Shown: piece after piece, positions 6,908 through 15,519 of the stretch
Layout: the number at the start of each line of letters is the position of its first letter
Numbering within the stretch: the stretch's first letter is position 1
Assembly (NCBI GenBank): GCA_050261115.1
Contig: JBLNCY010000054.1
Span: 1 to 23,864, forward strand
From: Methanocella sp.
Lineage (GTDB): Archaea > Thermoproteota > Bathyarchaeia > Bathyarchaeales > Bathycorpusculaceae
Direction of reading: 5' to 3'
Length of the DNA stretch: 23,864 bases
Made by a program: the position numbers and the translations under genes
Notes under the pieces: model-generated
The model's input: the letters and a program-made list of their open reading frames with translations, nothing else
Told to the model about the DNA's origin: nothing
Databases searched by the model: none

Positions 6908-8516
6908 CCCTAAGTGCTGGCTTGAATTCTTCTCGTATCTTCATTTCACGGCGTTTTCGGTTGTAGCCCAGGGAGAATTCATGTGTGGCGTCGCGGATTT
7001 TGCGTAGGAGCAACATCATGCGGCTGTTTTTGTTAAATGTGTGTGGTGTGGGATCGTTTGGGAAATAGATTTCCTCGTGCTCCTTTGCCAGGCCAATTAT
7101 CGGCAGTTTAAGCCCAAGCTGTTCCAGCGCCACTTGTGCGGCGTGTACCTGCCCGGGGCCGCCGTCGATCACCACTAGGTCTGGCAGCGGATTTTTTTCT
7201 TCTAGTTGGCGTTTGTAGCGTCGAGTGACCACTTCTTTCATGCTGGCGAAATCGTCTTGTCCCAAGAAGGTCTTGATTTTAAATTTGCGATAATTCTTCT
7301 TATCAGGCTTGGCATCCCGGAAAGCCACCATGCCTGAGACGACATGTTCGGTGCCAAGGTTAGATATATCAAAACACTCAATCACATGCGGCAAAGTGGG
7401 CAAGTTAAGGTTGTTCTGTAAATCAACCAGTGCACTGTCTGCCTCAAGGCTCGATTCCAAGTTTTTCTCGGCTAGTTTCACCAGCGCAAGCTTATCGGCA
7501 CGTTTAGGAATCGTAAGGGAAACGGGGGCCAGTCGTCTCTGCGCAAGGAATTCTTCTAGTGCAGCTTTCTCTGAGGGGTCAGTCCAGCAGGGCTTGTTTA
7601 GCAGTATCTCACGTGGAATCTGGTTTGAGGTGTAATACGCTTTGAGGAACTCTTGTTCTACCTGCGGCTGCAAATCAACCGAAAACTCTTTTTTACCCAA
7701 CAAAACCCCCTTGCGGACGCCCATCTGCACCGCCAACACCTTCTCGCCCACCTGGCGAAAAACCATCACGTCCTGGTCGTAGCGGCGCTCGTTATCCACA
7801 ATCTGCCGCTCTGTTAAGAGTCGTATGGAAGCGATTTGATTGCGGAGCTCTATTGCGGTTTCAAACTGCATAGCTCGCGAAGCCGCCTGCATCCGCTCAT
7901 TGAGCATCGCCAATGTGTCCTTGTAGTTGCCATTCAAGAATTCCCGTGCCCGTCTAACCTGCTCCGCATACTGTTCAGGGGACACTTTTCCCGCACAGGG
8001 GGCGCTGCATTGGTTTATGTGATAGTTTAGACATGCACGCTTGTGGAGGGTCTTACAGGTGCGTAGCTTGTAGACTTTGGTGACGAGGCGTTGCAGGTCT
8101 TGGCGTGTGTAGCCATCTGTGTATGGACCAAAGGATTCGAGCTTACGGCTAACTTTGCGGCTGGTAAGAATACGCGGGAACGTTTCGCGGGTTAAAGAAA
8201 TATACGCGTATGTTTTTGCGTCTTTTAAGTTGATGTTATATTTGGGGGTATGCTGCTTGATTAGTTTGTTCTCTAGTAGAAGCGCCTCAACCTCGTTGTT
8301 CACAATTACCCAATCGATGCTGCGGAGATGGCGTACAAGCTGGCGCGTCTTGGCAGGTTGATATATGCTTGAAAAGTAAGATTTAACGCGGTTGCGGAGG
8401 TTCTTGGCTTTGCCCACATAGATAATCTCATCTGCTTCATTACGGTATAAATAAACGCCTGGCTCCGTGGGGATGTCGCTGGCTCTAAAGTCGTCTGGAC
8501 TGGAGAGTTTAATCAT
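6867..8516 (-). CDS. uvrC: Excinuclease ABC subunit C, lacking the C-terminal (HhH)2 domain
   Basis: GIY-YIG domain (PGVYLY...IYVGKAKNLRNRVKSYF, EALLLE), Cys-rich region (C..C..CSAPC), UVR coiled coil (FETAIELRNQI), RNase H-like domain (IECFDISN, DDFASM, PDLVVIDGG, GLAK). Confidence 0.96.
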   Translation of the reverse strand: MIKLSSPDDFRASDIPTEPGVYLYRNEADEIIYVGKAKNLRNRVKSYFSSIYQPAKTRQLVRHLRSIDWVIVNNEVEALLLENKLIKQHTPKYNINLKDAKTYAYISLTRETFPRILTSRKVSRKLESFGPYTDGYTRQDLQRLVTKVYKLRTCKTLHKRACLNYHINQCSAPCAGKVSPEQYAEQVRRAREFLNGNYKDTLAMLNERMQAASRAMQFETAIELRNQIASIRLLTERQIVDNERRYDQDVMVFRQVGEKVLAVQMGVRKGVLLGKKEFSVDLQPQVEQEFLKAYYTSNQIPREILLNKPCWTDPSEKAALEEFLAQRRLAPVSLTIPKRADKLALVKLAEKNLESSLEADSALVDLQNNLNLPTLPHVIECFDISNLGTEHVVSGMVAFRDAKPDKKNYRKFKIKTFLGQDDFASMKEVVTRRYKRQLEEKNPLPDLVVIDGGPGQVHAAQVALEQLGLKLPIIGLAKEHEEIYFPNDPTPHTFNKNSRMMLLLRKIRDATHEFSLGYNRKRREMKIREEFKPALRAKRAGAQAKSEDQ

Positions 8517-8780
8517 GGGCTTCTGCCAATGCTATTTGACTAATTGCAGGATGCATTAAGCATTTCCCATGTTGGCCCAGAAAAATTTCTTGAATTAATG
8601 CAAATGCTATTTGTTTGGGGTGGGTTCCCAGAGTTGCCACCCAAACTTAACGACGTTCTTAGGGAACTCCTCTTGCCGGATTAAGCCTTGCTATGATGCC
8701 TTAAGTAAGTTGGCTATGTTGGCAGAAGGATGGAGGGAAGGGAGGTCTGGTTGCCGTGAGAATGGTGGATGTAGGGTTTA

Positions 8781-8826
8781 TTGTTGCTTTGCCGAGTGAC
8801 CCCCTCCCTTATATAGAACCAACCGC
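8781..8826 (+). repeat. Dispersed intergenic repeat, clear copy
   Basis: TTGTTGCTTTGCCGAG TGAC CCCCTCCCTTATATAGA matches the copy at 23699 at 32 of the first 35 positions. Confidence 0.85.
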
Positions 8827-9002
8827 AGGTTCAACCTGCACTTGAAAACTTCCGTTGAAGCGTGTACTGGCTTCTCTTTCGGGTCTATCTTATTACTTCA
8901 AGATACGTACCGCGACCTTTATCGCTTTTTTAAACTATCACTTTTTATCAAAGCTACTACTTTTATGTCAGATTACAGATACGAGTCAAAGGAGCCCTAG
9001 CA

Positions 9003-9767
9003 ATGAAACAGCTCTTACTAACCCCCTCCGCAGGCAAACGCCTCATAGCCAAAGCCCTATCCATCCACCCCCAAATCCAAAGCGCCCTCCAAAAGGGCAC
9101 CCTCGTCGTTATCGCGGGGACCACCAACGGGTACCTCGCCGAAGAAATCCTAAACCGCCTCTCTGTCACAGGCTTCTCTAGAGCCCGCTTCTTCCGAGGC
9201 ATAACCATGCCACCCAACAAGCCAGTCACCAACGAGGGCCGATTAGCCGACGAGAGCCAATTCCCCGGCGACGTAGTCATCGTTAAGGGTCAATGGCAAA
9301 GGGGGAAAACAATCGGCGACGTCGTGGATTCATTGAAGGAGGGTGATGTGGTTGTGAAGGGCGCAAACGCCTTAGACCTTGAGCGTCGGCAAGCGGCGTT
9401 GTTGATTGGGCACCCAAAAGCAGGCACAGTCGGGTTAACCTTGCCGGCGGTTGCTGGTCGCAGGGTTAAGCTTTTCATAGCTGTAGGGCTAGAAAAACGC
9501 ATCAACGGCGATTTATATGCTCTATCAGCTAAACTTAACGAGCCCGGAGCAGGCGGTTATCGACTTTTACCTGTACCAGGAGAAGTCTTTACAGAACTCG
9601 AGGCGCTAGAAATGCTCTGTGGCGTCAAATCCCAGATGATATCTGCTGGCGGGGTTAATGGCGCAGAGGGCGCAGTGTGGCTGTTAGTTGAGGGCACAGA
9701 GGAACAGGAAGAAAAAGCAGAAAAACTGGTTGCCTCAGTAGCCCAAGAGCCACCGTTTATCCTGTAA
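9003..9767 (+). CDS. Uncharacterised conserved alpha/beta protein, possibly NagB/RpiA/CoA-transferase-like fold
   Basis: 254 aa with motifs VVIAGTTNGY, VKGANALD, VGLEK and AGGVNGAEG. The fold call is inference. Confidence 0.8.
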   Translation: MKQLLLTPSAGKRLIAKALSIHPQIQSALQKGTLVVIAGTTNGYLAEEILNRLSVTGFSRARFFRGITMPPNKPVTNEGRLADESQFPGDVVIVKGQWQRGKTIGDVVDSLKEGDVVVKGANALDLERRQAALLIGHPKAGTVGLTLPAVAGRRVKLFIAVGLEKRINGDLYALSAKLNEPGAGGYRLLPVPGEVFTELEALEMLCGVKSQMISAGGVNGAEGAVWLLVEGTEEQEEKAEKLVASVAQEPPFIL

Positions 9768-9968
9768 CTATTGTTGGCCGTGGTGCATCATGCCCATACC
9801 CTGATGGCCCTCGCCCATTTTGCCTTTCCCGCCCTGCATGTTGGGTCGCCACTGAGACGCCACACTTACCATGTTATCGATGTTTTCCCGAATTAGACTC
9901 ATTGCTGCCTCGTTTATTTCGAGCTCCATCGTCATTTTGATTTTGCCGCTTTTGTCTGTTGTTTCCAA
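9768..9968 (-). CDS. Small hypothetical protein with Met/Gly/His-rich C-terminus
   Basis: Strong GGAGGTGA ribosome-binding site just upstream of the TTG start (plus-strand TCACCTCC, 9973-9980). Its stop abuts the stop of the convergent gene. Confidence 0.75.
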   Translation of the reverse strand: METTDKSGKIKMTMELEINEAAMSLIRENIDNMVSVASQWRPNMQGGKGKMGEGHQGMGMMHHGQQ

Positions 9969-10132
9969 AGACTCACCTCCAAAAAACCAAAACAGTCTCT
10001 GGTTGGTGGTTAGGGGTTAGGTGGTTTAAACATAAGTGGCTGTATGGATACAGCAACACCTCTGCCAAAGAGAAATTAAGGGTCACAGCCAGAGTAATAG
10101 TTGAGCGCCCTGCATTTTGCTCATGACGCCTT

Positions 10133-11398
10133 ATGAGTTTTTTAAACCGGTTTGTTAGACATCCGTCTGCATGGTACTATTCGTTGATTCCAATCAACAT
10201 GGCAGTCGGCTCCATACGCGTCGTTATCACGCTGCTTGCGCTTGCTGTGGGCGGAAGTGTCTTTGATGTCGGCGTCATAATCGCCGCTAACTCTATAGTG
10301 ACCATTGTTATGTCCATTGCGTGGGGGCGGCTATCGGATTATTTTGGTGTACGTATCCGTTTTCTTTTGCTCTTTTTCATAGCTAGCGCCCCTATGTTTG
10401 CATTACTGGGGTTAGTAAGCGAAGTTTGGCAGGTTATTCTACTCTATACTCTCTCAGCAGCGTTCATCGCGGGCATACAACCCATTGCCACCATGTACGC
10501 CGTTGAGTATCGGGGAGGAAAAGGCTGGCAAAAAGAAATTGTCAAGTACAATTCATTCTTCAATATAGGTGTCATCTTGGGTCTGGTAGTAAATAGCCTC
10601 ATTGCGCTTGTGCTACCACTAAGCTGGGTCCTCTATATCGCAACCGCTTTCTGTCTCGTCTCAGCTCTGATTCTCTGGCGCACGGCAAAAGAACCAAAAA
10701 TACCTCTAGAGCGCCATGCATACCCAGTCATGAGCCTCCAAGACGAGGAAAACCCCACAAGCATGTCTGTGTTCGATTACTTCGACCCGCGTAGACTCAA
10801 GCTCTTCAAACGCGCTCGACGCCTAAAACCCATACACCTGCTCTTTATCGCATGCCTAGTTCACTGGACGGGCGTCTATAGTTATGGCGTCGGGGAAGTC
10901 CCCTTTATGCGTGAAATCGGGTTATCGGCAAGCGTAATCCTATCGATTAACGTTGCTGAGAACATCGCTACAGTGGTGTCATTCTCTAGTCTTGTTCCAC
11001 GAATAAAAACAGAATACAAAAAACTCGTTACCTCTATGATAGTGGTTCGCTCAGCAATAATTGTTGGCTGGGCGGGGTTAACCGTTTTTCTGGTTTACCG
11101 CTCCGACTTCGCATTCGTCTTCCCTTTGGTGTTTTTGGTGGTTTTTCTAGCTTGTTATGCGCTGGTTTGGTATCCGATTATGTGTTATGCGATTTCTCAA
11201 GCGCAATTTGACAAGAAAGGCACCATTCAGGGGGAGCTGTTGGCTGTGGTTGCGTTAGCTAACGTGTTGGGGTCGCTGTTTGGCGGATTTATCATTGCGA
11301 CCTTTGGGTACGCGGTGGGTTTCTTGGTTGCCGCATTAATTTCGGTACTTGCTATACCCATAATACGCTTCATCAATATAGAAATAAAGACTGATTAG
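10133..11398 (+). CDS. Major facilitator superfamily transporter
   Basis: About 12 hydrophobic segments, motif A WGRLSDYFGVR after TM2, and a central hydrophilic loop. Confidence 0.92.
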   Translation: MSFLNRFVRHPSAWYYSLIPINMAVGSIRVVITLLALAVGGSVFDVGVIIAANSIVTIVMSIAWGRLSDYFGVRIRFLLLFFIASAPMFALLGLVSEVWQVILLYTLSAAFIAGIQPIATMYAVEYRGGKGWQKEIVKYNSFFNIGVILGLVVNSLIALVLPLSWVLYIATAFCLVSALILWRTAKEPKIPLERHAYPVMSLQDEENPTSMSVFDYFDPRRLKLFKRARRLKPIHLLFIACLVHWTGVYSYGVGEVPFMREIGLSASVILSINVAENIATVVSFSSLVPRIKTEYKKLVTSMIVVRSAIIVGWAGLTVFLVYRSDFAFVFPLVFLVVFLACYALVWYPIMCYAISQAQFDKKGTIQGELLAVVALANVLGSLFGGFIIATFGYAVGFLVAALISVLAIPIIRFINIEIKTD

Positions 11399-11402
11399 CT
11401 TG

Positions 11403-12482
11403 CTACTCGCTTTCAGATATAGCCACGGTTACACCGTTTAGCTTCGTCTTCTTTAGAATCAGCCTCGCGTTTGGTCCCGCTAGTAGCAGAGCCGCCCTTT
11501 CACATTGCTCGCTGGCGCTTATCTTTTCCGCAACTGCCTCAGATGAAAGCTCCGAAGACTCTGCCCCTCGCAGCTCCTCAGCTGCTAAGAATTCGAGGCG
11601 ACCTCCAAGTTTAGAAACCGCATCCAAAAGAGGCTGCAAATCTCGGTTGGTGTCTGCGGTGGCGAAGGCTTGAACCCGTGAGAGGGGAACATGCACTTTC
11701 TCAAGCGCCATATCTATCGCCTGAATCACGTCGTCTACGCTGGCGTCTTTGCGGGCGCCCAACCCCACGACGACGGTGCGTGTCTTGAGAATGACAAAAG
11801 GTTTAGTGAATTTGGTAATCGTTAGGGGTTCACGGGTGACTATTATCCCTGCATCAAAACCGCTAAGGAGATCAAGCGCTTCTGAGCCGCTCTGGGCCAC
11901 TCGTACTTCGTAGACTCCAAACGCGTTAGAGGGAATTTTCGCGTCGCCGACTATTACTGCACCTACTCGGTCGCCGTTAATTATGGCTGAATTCACTGCG
12001 GCGAGGCTATCGGGGTTCTCGAGTTTCAGATGCAAATTCCTAGCCAATTCGTCCACGCTTTGTTTGCCCATGATGTCTGAAGTGGTGGTAATGACGGGTA
12101 TTGCGTTTATGCCTGCCGCGATGATGTGGGTCAGGTCGTTTGCGCTGCCCAAATGTCCCGAGAGCAAGCTGATGACAAATTTGCCTGAGGCATCAACGCC
12201 AATCACTGCGGGATCAGTTAGTTTACTATCAAGCAACGGCGCTACAGCACGTATGACGATGCCTGTAGCCATAACTGCCACTATAGCGTCCACTTTGCTG
12301 TAGATGTCTTTGGTGAAGTCGGCGAGTTTCTTGTCGAGGGCTATTACGCCGTTTTGACTGTACTTTTTTGGGGCATAAACAGTGGATTTCAAGCTTGCTA
12401 GGTCAAGTGCTTTTTGGATTTTAATCGCGGTTTCGACGCCGCGGTACGTAACAGCTACAACCGCTATGCCCTTATCAAACAT
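11403..12482 (-). CDS. cbiG: Cobalt-precorrin-5A hydrolase CbiG
   Basis: MATGIVIRAVAPLL.SKLTDPAVIGVD..GKFVISLLSGHLGSAN, PVITT.SD and C-terminal GVTVAI. Start set to ATG 12482 (MFDKG), preceded by AGGTGA. Confidence 0.9.
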   Translation of the reverse strand: MFDKGIAVVAVTYRGVETAIKIQKALDLASLKSTVYAPKKYSQNGVIALDKKLADFTKDIYSKVDAIVAVMATGIVIRAVAPLLDSKLTDPAVIGVDASGKFVISLLSGHLGSANDLTHIIAAGINAIPVITTTSDIMGKQSVDELARNLHLKLENPDSLAAVNSAIINGDRVGAVIVGDAKIPSNAFGVYEVRVAQSGSEALDLLSGFDAGIIVTREPLTITKFTKPFVILKTRTVVVGLGARKDASVDDVIQAIDMALEKVHVPLSRVQAFATADTNRDLQPLLDAVSKLGGRLEFLAAEELRGAESSELSSEAVAEKISASEQCERAALLLAGPNARLILKKTKLNGVTVAISESE

Positions 12483-12555
12483 ATAGTCACCTACAGAGAA
12501 CCCCATGTAGGGTGCCCAGAGTGTGGTACTATTGTACTCTTTGATGCATTTGGGC

Positions 12556-12567
12556 TTTAACTTTTTC
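12556..12567 (-). promoter_or_regulatory. Putative BRE/TATA promoter for cbiG
   Basis: Minus strand GAAAAAGTTAAA: a purine run followed by a TTAAA box in the 127-bp gap upstream of cbiG. Confidence 0.45.
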
Positions 12568-12609
12568 CCCAAACCCCCGACACAAAAGGAACCGTTGGGG
12601 CTGCGCCCG

Positions 12610-14166
12610 CTAAAGCCCCACATTTTTAGCTGTGGGGTCAGTTAATAGCGCCTTGAATTTAGCAGCCAACTCGTCATAGTCGATTTCTCTGAGGCTAGGT
12701 GCCCCCGCGATTTCTACTAGCTTATCTAAGTCGAGACTTTTCTCGATAGCCTCGATTGCTTGGCTGCAGAAATCTTCATAGCGGATTTCCACTTCGGGAA
12801 TCATTCCGCGGTGCTCCAGATTAAGCCGCGGAACCATACCCAGCAGCTTCACCCCCACATTTGTAAACGCCTGCTCTACGATTGTCTGGATTTCTTTGGT
12901 CATGTAGCTTATGTAGAGCTTGTTTAGGATAACACCCCGCACATCAACGCCGAGGCTCCGTAGCGCGGTAACGTTTGTGACTGCTTCGATTAAGGCGCCT
13001 TCAATGCCCTTCTGATCACAGGCCACCACCAGCACCGTGGATGCCCCCAACGCAGCCGCCACCTCGACACTAGACATCGGCCGCTTATACTTCTCGTTAA
13101 GCAACCCAGTGAAAGCGCTCATCGCGCCCTCAACCAGCAAAAAGCTGTAGTCCATACTGGCGGCTTCAATAACCTGCTTTGACTGCGCCCAGCCGCTGGA
13201 ACCGACTTTAATCGACGAGTACTCTCTCATGGGTTCCTTGGTGAGGTACAATGCGGGGACTATGTCGCGTATGTCGCCGCCCACTTTTATGGTACCGACT
13301 CCATAGCCGAGTTTTTTGAGTGCACCTGCAATGCCAGTTAGGATGAAGGTTTTTCCTGAACCGCTACCGAGCGCTGTTATCATGAGTAGGCGGGTTGCCT
13401 TTTCTTTCTTAGGGGGCTGTGGGTGGATGCCGGTTGCGATGCCAACTTCACCCTTGATAACGTTCAATAGTTTAGTGTTTGCTGCTTTGATGGCTTCCAG
13501 CTCCGCTGGCGTTATGTCCAGCGAGTGCATGATGCTTTGGGTGATGACGGGGTTACGGTCCAGGAGGCCATGGATGAAGACGCCTACAACGTTGCCCTGC
13601 TTGTTTGAGATCCCTGAGACGAGGTCTTGGGGGCCTTTGAAGTAGTTCACGTTCTTGGCGTGGGTGACAAGGACTGGTTTTGCTTCGGCGCCCAGCTCGA
13701 TTTGGCCGTAGGTGTGACAGTGGAAGCCCGTGACGTGTCCGCCGACTTCTTGGGTGAGAAAGCATTTGCCTACCACATCGGCGCTAACGCGGTCGGTGCA
13801 GATTAACGGTTTGAACTCGGCATCCAGCAGCCCCAACCCTTCCCGCGTGATCGGTATGGTGGATAGCCGTCCCACGTCGGTCTGTTTAGCAAGCACCTGA
13901 AACCCTGAGCATATGCCCAAGATGAACTTGCCCGCTTTCGCCATACGCTTAATTTCGCGGGTAACTTTTGGGTTGACACTTTGGGATTCTACAAGGCTGC
14001 CGCCTGGGATAATGAGCATATCGAGCACTTCGCCTGCGGGTTTGCCGTCCACCTGTGCATCGGCGCCGACAATGTCAGTGGGTAGGTTGCCGAAGTCCTC
14101 AAAGCAGGGCAAAGCGCCCGGAAGATAAACTAAACCGATTCGGTGACGCAGAACCATCGCGATCAT
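12610..14166 (-). CDS. CobQ/CbiA-related amidotransferase with inverted domain order (N-terminal GATase, C-terminal P-loop synthetase domain)
   Basis: N-terminal DMLIIPGGS, LGICSGFQVL, GLGLLD, GFHCHTYG, GVFIHGLL. C-terminal ITALGSGSGKTF, LVEGAMS, GVILNK. ATGA overlap with the upstream ABC ATPase stop. Confidence 0.85.
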   Translation of the reverse strand: MIAMVLRHRIGLVYLPGALPCFEDFGNLPTDIVGADAQVDGKPAGEVLDMLIIPGGSLVESQSVNPKVTREIKRMAKAGKFILGICSGFQVLAKQTDVGRLSTIPITREGLGLLDAEFKPLICTDRVSADVVGKCFLTQEVGGHVTGFHCHTYGQIELGAEAKPVLVTHAKNVNYFKGPQDLVSGISNKQGNVVGVFIHGLLDRNPVITQSIMHSLDITPAELEAIKAANTKLLNVIKGEVGIATGIHPQPPKKEKATRLLMITALGSGSGKTFILTGIAGALKKLGYGVGTIKVGGDIRDIVPALYLTKEPMREYSSIKVGSSGWAQSKQVIEAASMDYSFLLVEGAMSAFTGLLNEKYKRPMSSVEVAAALGASTVLVVACDQKGIEGALIEAVTNVTALRSLGVDVRGVILNKLYISYMTKEIQTIVEQAFTNVGVKLLGMVPRLNLEHRGMIPEVEIRYEDFCSQAIEAIEKSLDLDKLVEIAGAPSLREIDYDELAAKFKALLTDPTAKNVGL

Positions 14167-15518
14167 CCACGCTTAATTTTTCTGTCTTTTAACTCGACGG
14201 GTTTTAGGTGCCCCAAGATGTCAGGGGGCTGCCGGTCAAGCATAGAGAGTTTGTCTTTGGAGATGTTTAGCAGTGAGGGTAGATCTGAGGGGTGTGCCAC
14301 GAAAACTGCGCCTAGCGCTTTTAGTTCGGCCATTAGCTGGGTTGCTTTGCCGTCGGCGAAGTCTCGGCTCTCGATGGGCACCTCATTGATGACGTAGGTG
14401 GCTATGCCGTTTTGTAACGCGACTTTGGCGGCTTCAAGGTTTCGGATGTTACCTGACCCAAATGGCACTGCCGTGATAACTAGCATTCCCGCGTTAAAAA
14501 TCAAGTCCAAGTTGTCTGCGTATGCTTGGTCTGTGATGGCTGAGAAGGGCGGTGTCGAGACAACTGGAACCTTCAGCAACTCGCAGGCCTCGTAATCGGA
14601 GTCCAGCACGTTTAGAACTCCAGCCGTAACACTATATCCCTCGTCAACCAGCGTTTTCATGAGGTAGGTTCCGGTTCCTGCACCGCAGATCATGTGGATA
14701 GCGCATTTCCGCTCAACCGAAGGCTTCCTAGGCGAAAGCGGGATGACATTAAGTGAGTCGGTAACCAAGTTGCGTCGAACAATTGCATCAACCGAGAAGA
14801 CAGCACGGATATTTTCAGCCGTCAAAACCTCCTCTACTTTGCCCAGCGCAAAAATTTTGCCATCTTTAAGCATCATGACAATGTTGCAGTATCGGGCTGC
14901 CATGTTTAGGTCATGGATAACCGCTAAGACCGCAAGGTTGTTTTTGGCGCAGAGTCCCTTGACAAGATCCATAATTTCCAACTGGTTGATGATGTCAAGG
15001 TTATTCATGGGTTCATCTAAGAGCAGTATTTTCGGTTCCTGGGCAAGCGCGCGGGCGATGATGACGCGTTGACGCTCGCCGCCACTTAACTCCTGAACCA
15101 ACCGCTGAGCTAGCGCCCAAGTGTTAGTTAATTCCATAGCTTTTCGGGCGATCTCTAGGTCTTTGGCGGATTCCATCTGGAACTGCCCCAAGTGGGGGTT
15201 GCGGCCCATCAACACCACATCCATGACAGAGAAGTTGAAACCCACCGAATTGTCCTGCGGAACCACCGCCATCTTCTTTGCGACGTCGACGGGTTTTAGC
15301 TTATAGATGTCGTCCTTATCGATTAGTATGGATCCGCCATGGGGCTTGAGTACCCTACTGACGCTTCGGAGCAGAGTGGTTTTTCCCGACCCGTTGGGGC
15401 CAAGGATACCTACAAAGTCGCCTGGCTTAACGTCTAAGCTAATATCTGAGAGTATCCTTGTTGAGCCATAGCGGCATTCTACTCCATTTACGTTTAATGT
15501 AACCATTGCATTTTTCAC
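14163..15518 (-). CDS. btuD: Cobalamin/Fe-siderophore ABC transporter ATP-binding protein with long C-terminal extension
   Basis: Walker A GPNGSGKT, signature LSGGERQR, Walker B LLLDEP and HDLN. About 190 extra residues starting near AIHMICGAGTG. Substrate inferred from the adjacent corrinoid genes. Confidence 0.88.
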   Translation of the reverse strand: MKNAMVTLNVNGVECRYGSTRILSDISLDVKPGDFVGILGPNGSGKTTLLRSVSRVLKPHGGSILIDKDDIYKLKPVDVAKKMAVVPQDNSVGFNFSVMDVVLMGRNPHLGQFQMESAKDLEIARKAMELTNTWALAQRLVQELSGGERQRVIIARALAQEPKILLLDEPMNNLDIINQLEIMDLVKGLCAKNNLAVLAVIHDLNMAARYCNIVMMLKDGKIFALGKVEEVLTAENIRAVFSVDAIVRRNLVTDSLNVIPLSPRKPSVERKCAIHMICGAGTGTYLMKTLVDEGYSVTAGVLNVLDSDYEACELLKVPVVSTPPFSAITDQAYADNLDLIFNAGMLVITAVPFGSGNIRNLEAAKVALQNGIATYVINEVPIESRDFADGKATQLMAELKALGAVFVAHPSDLPSLLNISKDKLSMLDRQPPDILGHLKPVELKDRKIKRG

Positions 15519-15519
15519 A

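Noticed and set aside
8611-9280. ORFs 8611-8799, 8855-9181 and 8963-9280
   Set aside because: They overlap the repeat or are shadow frames of 9003-9767, with no recognisable protein features.
12483-12623. 47-aa N-terminal extension of CbiG in the ORF track
   Set aside because: Homology starts at MFDKG, which has its own GGTGA ribosome-binding site; the extension overlaps the upstream gene.
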